Origin: Isurus oxyrinchus
Taxonomy: Eukaryota
Assembly (NCBI GenBank): GCA_026770705.1
Contig: JANJGN010000151.1
Location: 558,001-622,000 of the forward strand
Direction: 5' to 3'
Length of the DNA: 64,000 nt
Both the position numbers and the translations under genes were made by a program. Positions 48,398-62,308 of this stretch are shown here, in pieces. Numbering within the stretch: position 1 is the first letter of the stretch; every line of letters begins with the position of its first letter. A model generated the notes under the pieces. The model searched no databases and had not been told where the DNA came from. It worked only from the letters and a program-made list of their open reading frames with translations.

Positions 48398-51166
48398 ATG
48401 CACGGGCCAGCGAATGGAGCATTCTATGCCGTTTACTACCCGGTTCTCGCTTTTATTGGTGTCCCGGGTGAGTTATGAATCCCAAATAAATTATTTATTT
48501 TTTGTAAATCCCCAAAATGCTGTCCCTTCTCTTTCTGGATCGCGCTGAACTTTCGTAATACTCGGCACTGTGTAAGTATAGAGGACTTACTGGATTATGG
48601 TGTATTATAGTGCATTACTTGCATTTTTGTTGTTCAATAAATTAGGTGGCCAACTTAGCGAACAACCTTCTATTAGATTGCAGAAATGTTAATTATAATG
48701 CATGGCATTTTACGCACGTTATATTGTTGAACAATAGAAAATATTCTAATGTAGTAAAATGCATTCTGGTGTTTTTCGTATTAGATGGAACAATAGCGTA
48801 TCTTAGAGCCATAAAATGCATTCCCGTGCACTGATTTTATAAAAGTACTGAAAATGAATCTAAAGCGCAATCATTATTCAAGGTGGATCTTGATGTTACA
48901 ATTCATTCAATGATTCCACTAATACCCAAGGCCGCGCCTGAAAGCATGTTCTAGTTACAACGTTGTGCGTTCCCACTTGGCAATTCCTTTTGTAAATATG
49001 GCCATAGGAATGAATAATGGAAACTTTTGGCAGAGGTGAATGGGGGTGCAAGATTTTTAACCAGTTGTCTATTTTGTTGGGTGGTGTTAGGTTTTGTGCA
49101 TTTGGACTTTATTTTGGATAATTATGTTTTTTTATTGAATAATGGCACGTGGCTGGCACTGGGAGGGTCAGCATTTATTGTCCAACCCTCCTTTCCATTT
49201 GAGGAATTTGAGTTGCACTTTTTTTTCTTGAGTCTCTGCAGGACGAATGGTGTAAATGTTTCACAGAATTCTTGGCAAACAAATTTGATAAGGAATCGCA
49301 CAAAGATATATGAATCAGATGTCAAAACGTTTGATCAACGAAGTACGTTTTTAAAAAAAATTGAAAAATAAGTAAAGAGAGACGGAGGGTGGGTTCGGAA
49401 TTCTTTCTCAGAAGATGAAAGAATAAATTTTAGTGATGGAGCGGTTAATATCAGGGATGCTCATGGGAGCAAAGTTGGATGTACGCTGTGATCTCAGATT
49501 GTTTTAAGGCTGCAGGATTTTACAGGGATCTGGAGTGGCGACGCTAAAGATCGGTTTGAAAATCAGGAAGAGAATATTGAAATAGAGGCTTTAGCGGACA
49601 AGGGTCCAGTGTAGCTCAGTGAGCAGAGTGGTGATTGATCAACGGGACTTGGTGTGGGTAAGGGTATGGGGAGCAATTTCTTTTTTGAATGAGTTGAAGT
49701 TCAATAACGATGCGAAGTTATATACCGCTCAAAAGACTTCCAATGGTCATGAGGCTAGTTATAAGAAAGGCTTGGATACGGTTTTAACAGCGGTTAAGCT
49801 AAGGCAGGGTTAGAGACAGGCGATATTATGGGCTGTATTAGAAAGGTTGAAGGATGCAGTGTCGGTGTTTATGATAGACATGGGGATGTGGGCGTTTGGA
49901 AATTTATCTCACGGTCAAACAAGAGATAACCGTTGTAAAGACCGTCGAACCTCATAAGATAGTGAGCCACGGGAATGGGATCAGTGGCCAGAGGGCGGAC
50001 TTTGTGGCGAGAACTGATTTTAATGTCCTTTATGTTGACAAATGTTCAATCCAACATTACATGTCGAACAGTTAGCAACTGAGTTGGAATAACTGGAGTC
50101 TGGAGGTGGTGAAGGGGCTGATCAAGAGAGTTTTAGAACCAGATTCGATGAGGCAGTAGCTCGTGTCTGGAGTTCACTCGGTTACATCTCTCTTTTTCCA
50201 TTTCTTACAGCCAACTTGGTGGCGATCATAATCCTGTCCCGAGGACGGTGCGGACTCTCCAGATGCATCACCTACTACCTGGTGGCGATAGCAGTGACTG
50301 ATGTCCTTGTCATGATCACTGCCGTTATCCTCAACCGGATTGGTGGCATTTACTTTAAGTATAGTGTCCTATCTACCACCCCGGGGTGCGCTGTCAGCAC
50401 TGTGTTTGTCTATGCCACCCGGGATGGCTCAGTCTGGCTGACTGTCGCCTTCACCTTCGACCGTTTTGTGGCCATCTGCTGTCAGAGCCTGAAGGCCAGA
50501 TACTGCACTGAGAAAAGTGCGGTGCTGGTTATAGGATTGGTCAGTGTCCTGAGCTGCGCCAAGAACGTCCCTTTCTACTTCACCTATCGGCCCTTTTATA
50601 GTCTGGATGGGGTGTCCTGGTTCTGCGACATTAAGTCCAGCTACTACCTATTGCCCGCCTGGCAGGCCTACGACTGGCTAGATCACATCTTGACTCCTTT
50701 CCTCCCTTTCATCCTCATTCTGCTGCTCAATGCCCTGACTGTAAGGCACATCTTAGCAGCCAGCAGAGCCCGCAGGAGGCTCCGGGGCGCCGAGAGTCAT
50801 GGAGACCCAGAGATCGCCAACCGCAAGAGGTCCATTGTCCTGCTCTTCACTATCTCCCTCAGCTTCCTCCTCCTGTGGGTCACCTATGTCGGACATTTCC
50901 TCTTCGTGCAGATTACGGGTGACACCTACTTCACTGGTCTGGATTTCAATGACCCACACTTCATGCTTCAAGAGACAACCAACATGCTGCAGTTATTCAG
51001 TTCCTGCAATAACATCTTCATCTACGCAGTAGCCCAGACTAAGTTCAGGGATGAGCTGAAGAAGGTGCTGAATTGCCCCTTTGCGACCCTTGCCTTTTGC
51101 TTCGAATGGTGTGTTATCAAGCAGTTAGGGGCCAGTGATGTTTTGTTTAAAGTAGACAAAGTTTGA
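48398..51166 (+). CDS. Class A orphan GPCR, GPR139/GPR142-like, two exons (48398-48467, 50211-51166), about 341 aa
   Basis: MHGPANGAFYAVYYPVLAFIGVP/ANLVAIIILSRGRCGLSRCITYYLVAIAVTD..FTFDRFVAICC..LTPFLPFILILLLNALTVRHI..NNIFIY. GT-AG phase-1 intron; 7 hydrophobic segments. Confidence 0.9.
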
Positions 51167-51814
51167 AAGCCCAGTTGCTTAAAAAATACAGTCACAATAT
51201 TTCACGGTTTTGAACAAGTGAAATAAACATTACCATGTACAGGTAGCAAAGTAGAACAATTTGCATTACCAATCTGATACGCTAACATTTAGAACTAACA
51301 TGAAGTAAATATTAAATAGCGAGCAACTGTGGTCGAACACACCACTTTGCATATTAAAAGGCAGAAGCGACCAAGACAGACCCCACGGATTTCTCAGCAA
51401 CCTACCTAGAAGTCCGTGAGCACAGTGAGTCACACAGTTTCTGCCTCCCTCACGAGGGGTTCCTCTCTTCAATTTCAAAGAACAAGCGTCTGAATTCCCT
51501 TGAAAATTGCTCTGACTTGGCTTGTCTCAGGGCGGTTCACCTCCCAGTGGTTTAACCTTGTATCCCGACATAACACATCAATCTCTAATCATTGGCACAA
51601 TTTCAGCTCTTTAACGGACAGCTAGCTTCACTGCTACCGCTGCCCAGGCATTTTACTGATCTCCAATCACCCCAGCTGCACCAAGCTATCAGTGACTCTA
51701 ACAGCTTCCGCGGAGCCCTTACCCTGTCAGCAGCATGGAGACTGCCAGCTTCTGCCTTTCTCTGGTCCACGTGGCTTCTGAACCCTAAGTGCACGCGTCT
51801 GAATTCCCTTGAAT

Positions 51815-52052
51815 TCACCAAGGCGCCTGAGTGCTGCTGGTGACTCACAAACACGACTACGGGATCTGTAACTTCTCCTGAGCCCCATTTATACAGAGCC
51901 ATCTAACAGCAAACTGTTTGCTGCCTGGTGCCTCTTCCTTGCTGCTAGGCCCACACAGTCACCTGGGGTTCTTTTTCCCCACCACCTATACCCATGCCCA
52001 GGTCCCGTGGCCGTGTTTGTGAGTCACCACTACCACTCAGGCGCCTTGGTGA
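51815..52052. repeat. Inverted repeat, 54-bp arms, about 130-bp loop
   Basis: 51815-51868 is the near reverse complement of 51999-52052. Confidence 0.8.
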
Positions 52053-53869
52053 TGACTGCAATGCTCCCAACTGCCGATCACTGGGCTGTTTATACGCAAA
52101 CTGTGACATTCCAAGGTTGCGCTGAAACTCCCAGGGAATTCTGTGATTGTTCTCCTCCGCCTCTGCCCGAAAAATACGCCGGACAGACAGATAAGTTCAT
52201 ATCCTTAACTGGTGAAAAATAATAAAACCCCTTCATGGTGTTTCTCTTCCACCAGACTGTCTCAGTGCATAGACCTTTCTGTCACTTTACCCATAAATCG
52301 TCCGCTCAGGCTCCCACATTCGAGGTATATGAAACTCATTGTGCAGCGCCAACAGTCTGCAGCTGTCTACACTGAAGGAATCCTGAGCGATTGAATGTAC
52401 TGACTTTCTGGATGAGACGCTGAACGACGGCCTCTGGCTAAGCTTTCAGGTGGATTGCAAAATATCTCACTGTCTCTATTCAAAAATTTAACAAAACAGC
52501 AAAACATTCTCCCCAGTGTGCTTGACCATTATTTATCCTTCTTTTAACACCATTGAAGACGGTTTTGTGCTAATTTATCTCATTACGTTTTGTGGAATCT
52601 TGCTCTGCCCACCTTTTGCTGCAGCGTTTCCTGCATTACAACAGGAAAGTTTCTAATTGGCTGTAAAGCCCTTTGGGCGCCCGGAGGCCGGGAACGGCGC
52701 TATGGAAATACCTGATTCTTTTTTCTTTCATTCATTATTTCTCAGCAACAACTCCACACCGCAGAGACTCGATCTCCACGTTTAGTCCTTACACTCAAAA
52801 TAAAGTATTTGATAACATGAGAATTCATTTTTGAGTTTTGATCCTGAATGTGCTACCCGAAAGGAAGCTGGATCCAGATTAAACAATAAATTCCAAATGG
52901 GAATTGGATAAATGTTGGAAAGGAGGATATAGTGAAAAAACGGGGGAGTGTAACGAACTGCCAGTTATCTACTATTTCTAAAGGAAAATACAGCTAGAGT
53001 AATGGACACAATCCCTTCCTTTCAGTATGAATAACGTCATCTGTTGGAAAGTAGAAACAAATTTGCAAATTACTCATCAACACAAACACGGTCGGCTTCC
53101 AGCTCCTTTTTAAATATCCGGCAGTTTTTTTTTTGCTCCCGCTCCCGTCCCTCCAAACATTGTAGTCCGAGGCCATCGCCTAGTTCGCCGAGTGGAGGCG
53201 CATCTCCTGCTAAATGAATAGTTGTTTCAGAAACCCGGCAAAACGCAGTTGTCGATTGGCTTCACCCGATGCTTTGTGGGTGTAAACTGCGCTTTTCGCG
53301 ACCTCAGGCCAACCGAAAAGTGCTTCACAGTGGCTCAGGGGGCGAGAGGTTATCGGGGATTGGCGGGAATCTCAGGCCGAGCTTAAAATAAAATCAGTCG
53401 TGACCTTATTGAATGGTGGAACGAACTCGAGGGGCCGAGTGGCCTATCCCTGCTTCTAGTGTGTATATTAGCATGGTCCAGTGTAATATAAGAAGCGACA
53501 GGGAAGGTCTGGTGTGATAGAAAGTAAAACAGTTTCAAACGTAATATGAATAAAGATAAAAGGTGTCATGACCTAATCACTGGGGTAGTATTTAATTTGA
53601 TAAAAGGAGATGTGCTTTAATGCGATGGAGGCAATGTGTAGTTGATTAATGAACAAAGGCCCGGTGCACTGCATTGATAACTGAGGCCCGGACTTCCGTT
53701 ATGTAAATGGAACCGTGCTCAAGGACAATAGCAATGGAAGCATGATCGTGTGTAAATTAAACAAAGGTATATCCGTCTGTAGTAATAAATGAGATAGCAT
53801 TTAGTTCAATATAATTAGGGGCATGCATTAGTAAACATTAATAATGATGGGCTTCCCACAGACGTGCAA

Positions 53870-54445
53870 TCTATGTCTTATATCCACAGGGTGGATGTGG
53901 AAAATATGTTCCCCCTTATGAGGGAGACGAGAACTAGGGGACAGAGTTTAAAAATAAGGGATCTCCAATTTAAGATGAGGAGAATGTTTGTCGCTCAGAA
54001 GTTCGAGAGTCTGGGTAGCCTCTTCCCCAGCGAGTGGTGGAGACAGGGTTATTGAATATTAGTAAAGCTGTGTTAAATAGATATTGTCTGACAAAGAGTC
54101 AAAGATTATCAGGGGATTTAGTGATGGTAGTGCAATTGAATGTCAAACGGCCATGGTTAGATTCTCTCTTTTTGAAGATATTTATTGCCTGGCACTTGTG
54201 TGGCTTGAATGTTATCTGCCCCTTCTCATCCCAAGCTTTAGATCATGCTGCATTTGCACATGGGCTGCTTCAGTATCTGAGGAGTTGCGAATGGTGCTGA
54301 ACATTGTCCCCACTTCTGGCCTTATGATGGAAGGAAGGTCACTGATGAAATAGCTGAAGGTGGTTGGGCCTAGGACACTACTCAGGAACTCTTGCAGTGA
54401 TGTCCTTGAACTGAGATGACTGACCTTCAACAACCACAACCCTTT
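53870..54445. mobile_element. Two adjacent LINE fragments in opposite orientation
   Basis: RVDVENMFPLMRETRTRGQSLK (+) and SVLGPTTFSYFISDLPSII (-). Confidence 0.75.
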
Positions 54446-56099
54446 CAGTGACGGTGATTGGTGGAGAAATATTGTCCAGGCCAATTTTCCTTCTCTGCTT
54501 CAGAATAGTGGTCATGTGATCCACTCATCCGAAAGCCGGCCCCTCTGACGGTGCATACTTCCCTGAGGACTGAAGTGATGAGTCGTTAAAGATCCTGGGG
54601 GACAAGTCTCCTGAAGCTTCTTGTTCAGAGGCGATAGGGCGGGTAACTGACTCTCGGCTGATAAGTAGTTTTGGCGGAAGGGCCTTTGTATTGTTATGCA
54701 AGTGCATCTTTTTGCAAATGTATATAGTTTATATACACACTTTCAAGGAAATGAATACAAATCTTTTATAGTGGTGATCAGGCTGATGACTAACATACGG
54801 GGTTCAGTGACCTCTCGGCGACTCGATCACTGGCCCTCCGGAACGGGAAGTCAGTTTCCGTCAGGGTCTCCTCAGTAAATTCCCGGATTGTTGTTTCCGA
54901 CAAATTACACATGCGGACAGAATCTGTGAACAGACTGGAGACAGAATTCTGGTAATCCCAGGACATGGGGACCCCTGAACAGCATAACCCAGGAAAAAGG
55001 ATTGAAATAAAGAGAAGGAAATTTAAAGAAATAAACTTTACCGGCCTCCTGGAAGCAGGGAGCCATTACATTTTAACCCTGGAATCAAATGTCACACGAA
55101 AAGAGAAATAGCCTCTTACAGAAGGAGGATGTCAGTAAGCACTTCCCAACCGCACGAAGTACCTTTCCAGTGTAGCCGCTGTTCTGATGTTAGTAATATT
55201 ATTTACACAGTGGGCAGTGGGAATGTTTGATTCTCTGCCAGAAAGGGTTGTCACCCTGACTCTTATAGTGGAGTGAAGGGATTTGATTGTCCAGGTATTT
55301 TCCTGATACTTTGAAGTTGTGGCCAATAGTGACCAAAATATTCGGTCACGAGCAGATAGACTGGTCTCTCCCTGCCTATCTCTCTCTCTCTGTCTCTTTG
55401 TCTCTGTCTCTCTGTCCCGCTCTATCTCTCTCTTTTTCTCACTCTCTCTCTCTCTCGCTCTCAATGCGATAACCTTTTAATTCGGACTATGCAGTGACAT
55501 TGGACCAAGAAATGTGATGATTTATAGGCCTCAACCAATAAGTATCCTCTATAATTCACCTATCGATTCTTAACCTATATACACTATTGTTTACAGTAAC
55601 GTCTCAGAACGTCAAAATATTTCCTGTATTCCCCAACTGTCACGTGTCAGAGCCGTGAACTGATGGCTTGGTACGTTTTCTACAAAGATAAGTCCCGGAG
55701 CGCCATCTAGTGGGGTCCTGCCTGTAAAACAACGACTCTCAATTTATTCTCGAATATTGCTGCATGATATTGCTGCATCACTATTCTGCCACGTGATTAT
55801 GGTTTTTGTAGCTTTAGTTTTATTATTACTGGAAGTTCTATCTTTTCATTGTTTTGCTTATGCTACCGTTACTATTTAATATTAATTCCTAGACTATTTG
55901 ACTCAGTTTTCTGACGTGCCTACGTCAGTAGGACAGTACCTGTTCATTTGCATAAATAGGTGGGCATCTTGTTCATAAATTCATAAATCCGCAACTGATG
56001 AGCTTGTGATTGTTCATTTCGGAAGAATGTAATGCTTGCGAACACCTTAATCATCAAATAACGATGTCAATCAAATTTCAGGATGCCAGATACATACGA

Positions 56100-56385
56100 G
56101 CATACAAATACGCCGCCATCCAATAAGGTCATGTCTGATTTGACTGTAACCTCCACCTAACGTCGGTTACCTTCCACTCCCTTGTTTATCAAAAATCGAT
56201 CACCCTCTCCTTGAAAACATTCAAAGACCCTGTTTCCCCTGCCCTTTGAGGCAGGGGTTTCCAAAGACATACTCTTTCTGAGAGAAAATCTTCTTCTCAT
56301 TTCTGATTTAAATAGGAGACCCTTTATTTTTAAATAGTGACCGCTAGTTCTAGGTTTTCCCACAAGAGGAAAGATCCTTTCCATG
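56100..56385 (-). mobile_element. CR1 LINE 3' fragment
   Basis: ERIFPLVGKPRTSGHYLKIKG; absent from the paralogous block near 34.9 kb. Confidence 0.8.
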
Positions 56386-56550
56386 CGTGATTTATTTTTA
56401 TAGAGGTCGTTAATCTGTATGCTGTATTATTATGAAATAATTAAAAATATTTTTATTCAGTTACTCGAATGATGAACAGGTTTTTTTGCAGAATCGCTCC
56501 TGCTTCTAAAGCCCATGTCCTGATTGTCTCCCCAGTCCGCATGTCGAATG

Positions 56551-56870
56551 AGTTCTAGTGCAGTCTCCTCCCCTCCGTAACTCCACGTGTTTCACTGCAC
56601 TGTTCTACACCGTAGCAACTGAGAACTGAACCGAGTGAATGGTAAGAGTGGTAGAGCCTTTCATATGGTCCACAGATACTTTAAATCTTCCTTCAACTCT
56701 TTCATCACTGAATATGGAGAAGAGATGCTCTGGGGACGCAATTAGAGAATTGACGGTGCAAGAATATAAGTTCATTTGCAGCGAAAGTAGAGTTATGGTG
56801 AAGCAAAATGATTGTCCTTGCGTTCCCGATAAACCAATATCAGACTTTGTTTCCCAGTGACAAGGAGTAG
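56551..56870 (-). pseudogene. TCR V pseudogene (family C)
   Basis: GQ..ILLHHNSTFAANELIFLHRQFSN..EGRFKVSVDH..QFSVATV*NSAVK. Degenerate RSS. Confidence 0.78.
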
Positions 56871-57139
56871 CTGCCAAAACAAGAATGAAATTAACATAAT
56901 GATATATACAAGGAAAACTAAATGTAGTCCTTGTGGAAAAAGGTACAATAAACTGATCAGTCCACCCTCCAACTATCCACCCTGGGTCCACCTGAGTTAA
57001 CAGTGCTGTAAGAATAGCCCATAATTATTAGCTATAGGAACTCCACTTCTGAGAGATTTCATTACCTCTGTTGGCAAATCGATATTCCGAGTAAGTTCGA
57101 AACCAGTTACGCTACAAATAGCTGCATGGAAATACCGTT

Positions 57140-57470
57140 GGACGCGATGGTGTACTGGTATTATTCCTGCAATAGTGCTTTAAGAATCCGGGCTCACCCT
57201 TTGGGGGCTCCGGTTCGAGTCCTGCTAAGTAGAATTTAAACTCAATTTAAATGTATAATGATGACCATAAAACGGTTGTTGTAAAAACGCATTTGGTTCA
57301 CTGTTGTCCTTTAGGGAAGGAAATCTGTCGTCCTTACCTGGCCTGGCCTACATGTGGCTCCAGGCCCACAGCAATGTGGTTGACTCTAAAATATCCACTG
57401 AACGAGGGCAATTTGGGGGTGGGCAACAAATACTGGCCTAGCCAGTGACGCCCAGATCCCATGAACGAAC
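57140..57470 (+). mobile_element. tRNA-derived SINE
   Basis: B-box GGTTCGAGTCC, shared core and LINE-like tail. Confidence 0.65.
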
Positions 57471-57638
57471 AAACATTTCCCCCCCCAAAACTGTCTGTGG
57501 ATTTAGACAAGGACAAAAAGAGCAATAAAACTGCGGTAAATAGACCTGTCTATTTTGCTTTCCAGGAACCCAGGATGAAACCCTTCCCATCCACAAAAGC
57601 ACATAAGAAAGCTTATCGAAGCTGTAAGTGCTCACTGA

Positions 57639-58206
57639 GGTTTTTGTACGGGGTTCTATCTGTGATCTAACGCTGTGACTCATTGCACAATAATACACCG
57701 CACCGTCCTCCACACTCAGTTCGCTTATGTTGAGGTAACCGTTCTTTTGAGACATATCAGCAGCTGCCAGATACCGTCCTGAAATTTCATTTTTCTTCAG
57801 TGCTAAGGCATTGGTAATAATCCATGTTAGTGGCTGTGCCGTCTGCTGCCGATACCATTGCATGTAGTTTAGATTCCGATCTGTATATTCACAGTCTAAT
57901 TGCACCGAACCCCCTTCCGACGCCGTTATTGCGACCGGGGACTGAGTTACTGGATCTGCGCATCGTCCGCCTGTGAGGTAGAGGAATGAAATATCAAGCG
58001 GTTAAATAGTGTTGATCTCAATTTGTTTGTAGCTGTTTGGGTTTGCAGAACCTCCTATCTACCTAGCTGTCCATACTATGGATATTTCTGATCGTGAATT
58101 CTATTAAATACTATCGCAATCTCTATACACTAATCTACCGATCTGCCTTGATTAACTAAATCCAGTACTTACTGTCGAACAGCGCCGTCAGTATTATCAG
58201 CAACAT
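57639..58206 (-). CDS. TCR alpha/delta-type V segment, intact (family B)
   Basis: Leader 58206-58173 MLLIILTALFD/GTAAGT. V exon 57970-57678 SGRCADPVTQSPVAITASEGGSVQLDCEY..QWYRQQ..SVEDGAVYYCAMS. RSS CACAGCG-23-ACAAAAACC. Confidence 0.93.
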
Positions 58207-59139
58207 GTCAGACTGAATCTCTCTCTCAACGAATGTGAATGGAATGAGCGAGAGACGGAGAAGGAGAGAGGGAACCCGGTCTCTGCCCAGCTCATTGTTC
58301 CACCCGCACACTGCAGGGGGCAAGGCCCATTGTGACCTCACTCAGGAAACCATCCCTATTGGTTTTGGCGTTTCCACCACGTGACTTATTGACGCCCCTG
58401 CTTGAATTTGGCACCCTCCGCTGGTGATTTCGGTTAAACCAGCGTTCGGATGCGGCCGTTGAATGGATTCAGGGTTTATTGAAATGCATGTCAGCAAACG
58501 AATGCTCCCCAGGAATCTGAATTGGAGCTGTTCAGACAGTCTTTGCGGCTGCTGATGTTTAGGTTGGGCTTGATGTTAAATCTGTAGAAATGATTGCTGG
58601 AGTTCTCTGTCCAAATCCTGAGCACTACGAAGTAGAAGGAATGTCAAGAGTTTGGAGAAAGTGCCGTCGCTTCACATCAGAATGGCACCAGACATGTGAA
58701 CATTTATGCGAACAGACTAGGCAAACCTGGATTCTTATCCTCGCAACAAAGAAGGTAGAAGAGAGATTCAATTGATGTGCCAAAAATTGTCCTTTACTCA
58801 GAGTAGATCGCAATTTCTTCCATTGTCAGAAGATTCAATAACCGAATCACTTCGATTTCATGAAAAGATAATAGGGAAAGATTTGTTTTATTTATTACAT
58901 TGCATATGTTACCATCTTGAATACGATGCTTGAAATAATGGAGAAAGAGGATTCAATCATAAATTTCAATGCGGAATTGTCATAATTTGGAAAAGGAAAA
59001 CAACGTGGAAAATGCGGGCTCTGAAAGGCGATTGGGATCAGTCTTTCAAATAGACACAAATACGCTAAGTGGAGTCCTCATTCCACCCCCTAACTTACAA
59101 TGCTTCTGCTCCCTTCCTGCCACTCCCACACTATTTATT

Positions 59140-59310
59140 CTCAGTCACTTGATGAGTGAACAGGTGCAGGATGCTCACGGTCTCCTGGAGCTTCAACCGT
59201 CGCTATTTCCGCTGCAACACTTCCGGCTGCAGCTGTTCGTCGCCGCGCACTTGTATCAGTTTTCAATCTGCTGCATCCCCGGCCACAGCTTCCGTTTGTT
59301 CCTCTCCTCA
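59140..59310 (+). promoter_or_regulatory. Orphan copy of family-A upstream region
   Basis: Reverse-complement homolog of about 13750-13915. Confidence 0.65.
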
Positions 59311-59327
59311 GACCCGAATTTGTCAAA

Positions 59328-59572
59328 AACAGTTTGATCTTTAATTGATTTGACAGTTTGATCGTTAATGGATCTGAGAGACTTAAGTTGAAAAATGAGG
59401 TACTTCCTGGAGGCGATGTGGCCCGTTAATCGTATGTCTAGAATTAGCACAAAAAGGCGGAAAAGAGTTTAATCTCTAATGGATCTGAGAGATAGTTTAA
59501 TCTCTAATCGATCATGGGAGACAGTTTTCTCTCTAATTCATCTGAGAGACAGTTTGATCTTTAATTGATCAC
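59328..59572. repeat. Degenerate tandem repeat
   Basis: Recurrent GATCTGAGAGACAGTTTGATCTCTAAT-like units. Confidence 0.65.
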
Positions 59573-60741
59573 TCTATAGACATATATCTCTCTGTGTATG
59601 TATGGTTCTCCTTGGCCTCGTGTGGCTGTGTGTGCGTGCTTGAGTTGATGCACTTCAGAGTACGTGTTTGATTTTACATGTCTGTGTGTGCACCTGCAAG
59701 TGCTTTTATGTATTTCCCTGTGTGCTTATCTCTGCGTGTGTCCGTTGTGTGGGTCTGTGCCGCCATAGGTTTTCCAATGCCGTGTCAGAGGCTTCGCCTG
59801 GACACAGCAGGGCTCTACTGGGACATTTGATGAAGAATTTTCAACCCAAATACAGTTGAATTAGGTCAGTAACCTCCATACTTTTGTGCTAATTCTGGAC
59901 ATGTGATGAATGGACCACATTACCTCCAAGAATTACTTCACGTTTGAACTTAATAAAAAACAGGAGTGAATAGTCCCACAGAGAGAAAAGAGAGAGTAAA
60001 ATAGGCAGAAAGTAATATTGAGAGAAAAAGAGTAACCAAGAGGGAAACAAGTAGACAAAGCTAGAGGAGAAAGAGGAAGTGAGAGGGAGAAACAAGTAGT
60101 ATTGGGGGGGGGGGCGGGGCGGAGAAATATGGGGTGATGTTGGCGGGGTGCAGAATGTGCGGCATTCTATGTGAAATCCCTCTTTATACCGGCTGTGCGT
60201 ATTAGTCATGGTCATTGAGAAGCTTTTTTAACGGGAGACTCGAACACTGGTCAGGGAACAACTTTAAATATTACCCATTATCGTTCCGCATCAAAGATTG
60301 ACCCCCTTAAAGAAACTATATCGGCTTCAATGCAGTTTTCATTATTCTCTACTTCAGAGCGTAGTCGCTGAGTTGATGTTAGACTGAGGTTGCTAGATCT
60401 ATGGGTATGAAGAGACCTGGATTTAGTGCAGGAAGGTAGATGAGAGTTAGATAGGTAGATTAGAGATAGCTGGTGCTGCAGGGTCGAGAGACCGAATGCC
60501 CGACTCCAGCTCTTGTTTCATATGTTCTTATGCTCTCTCTCCTTATTTGGAGCTCTCTGGCGTCACGAATTGAAGGAACTGTGAGCTGATTGGGTGAATT
60601 GAAGGACAAAGAGCTGTGAACTCAGCTAGGAATAAACCAATCGGGCGCGGGACTGGATATTATTCAACATCTTCTTAACTCTTCACTAAAACAATTCTGG
60701 TTGGAATCAGTCTATTCAAATCCACCATCGGCTCTGCAAAC

Positions 60742-61285
60742 ATATTGTCTGTTCATTCTTCACAGCTGCGATTCTCTTAACTGGTAAATAGCCAAGTTAC
60801 GCAATTTTCATTTTGCAGGCTATACTGGCACAGTGATCTTCCTTTTAACTATGTTTTCCTTTTATTTGTAAAGGGCTCCGTTAACATGATAACCCTGATT
60901 GTAACAGTGATAATAAAAAGTTGAAGTTCTGTACTTTGAATTTTCTGCAGACTCGGTGTTACAGGAGCCGGTTGCAGGGGCACAGTTTGAAGGAGACTCG
61001 CTGACCATTAATTTCAGCTATTCGACCACGATTGGTTTCTGCTTCTTGCAACTGTACCGTCAGGAAGGCGAGAGAGCCCCCACAATATTGACCTGTATCC
61101 CTTCCGCTGGGGTTGTTTTCACTGCAGAGGGCGCGAGGGCTCGATCATCTGCATCTCTCGACACTTCCAGAAGTGAGGAGAATTTCGCCATCCGTGACCT
61201 GCGGCTGCCTGACAGCGCGGTGTATTACTGCGGGCTGAGAGACACAGTGACAGGAACCAGAGGGAGCCTTCCTCGTAGAGGAACA
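60742..61285 (+). pseudogene. TCR V (family G): open V exon, broken leader, damaged nonamer
   Basis: V exon 60951-61242 DSVLQEP..LTINFSYSTTIGFCFLQLYRQEG..PDSAVYYCGLR. CACAGTG 61243-61249. Leader ATG>ATA with deletion. Confidence 0.87.
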
Positions 61286-62308
61286 CTGCAGAAACGTGAC
61301 CCGTTGAACGGAATGGCGGGTAGAGTGAGGAGGAACAAAGACTTTCAAAGCATCTAACCGGAATGTGCTCATTGAAAGTAAATCCAAATAAGTAACAACC
61401 GGCTAGCAGCAGGTGCGGCATTTCGAAATTTTCCATTTACATTGAATGCATTCTGAACATCATGTAAAATGTGTTCAGAAAATTCATCCCATTTTGTAAA
61501 TGAGAGGTACAACGGCAGAAATGCTGAGCAAAGTAGTTGACCTTATGTTCCAGCCGGTACAGGGGGTACATACAACACAAATGCAGCATCAGTTATATAT
61601 CACTGAAGGGACGCGCAGCAAAGAAGAACAAAGGCTTTGCATTTTCATGAAGCCTTATCTGGTGTGTTCATATTTCCCAAAGGGCATCCAGTGCTCAAAC
61701 TTTCTGACATTGTTAAAAAAAAAGCTTTAGTATTCAGTCGGTTGTCTGAACATCTGTTCCGGTGCCTAAGACACAGCAGCCTGTCCTTGTCGATTATGCA
61801 ATCTATTAATCATTGTTCATCAGCTTCTAATCATGTCTTGAAAATAACCTCTTTGTGCCTGTTTATATTATAGATTCTTAATTTCAATATATGGAAGCAA
61901 CTAATATTGAGAGATATTTAATGAGACCATTATCTTTATTCGGATCCTCCTCACCTGGTGGCCTTATGTCCCACAACTGGTTATTTCAACTTAAAAGAGA
62001 AACATTTGTTCCTTTGCCGTGAGTTATTTTATAAACAGCAGTGCGCCGATATAAATGGATCCCGGCCACCTTCATGTGTTTGTATTCTCAATGGATATGG
62101 CGACCACTGAGACATTCCCAAATAAACAACAGGATTCTGCTCCACACATTTAATACAGTAATCAGACTGAATCAATATTCAATGTGAGCGATTTTAGATG
62201 GTGCTTATGTGGATTGTGTCCGTACATGATGGACTGACGTGTCAGTGTCTGACCCGCTGTTATAAACATCCCTCAACAGACACCAGCTGTGCCCCAGATA
62301 ACTGCAGC

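Noticed and set aside
57140-57230. tRNA gene
   Set aside because: The B-box belongs to a SINE head; no cloverleaf.
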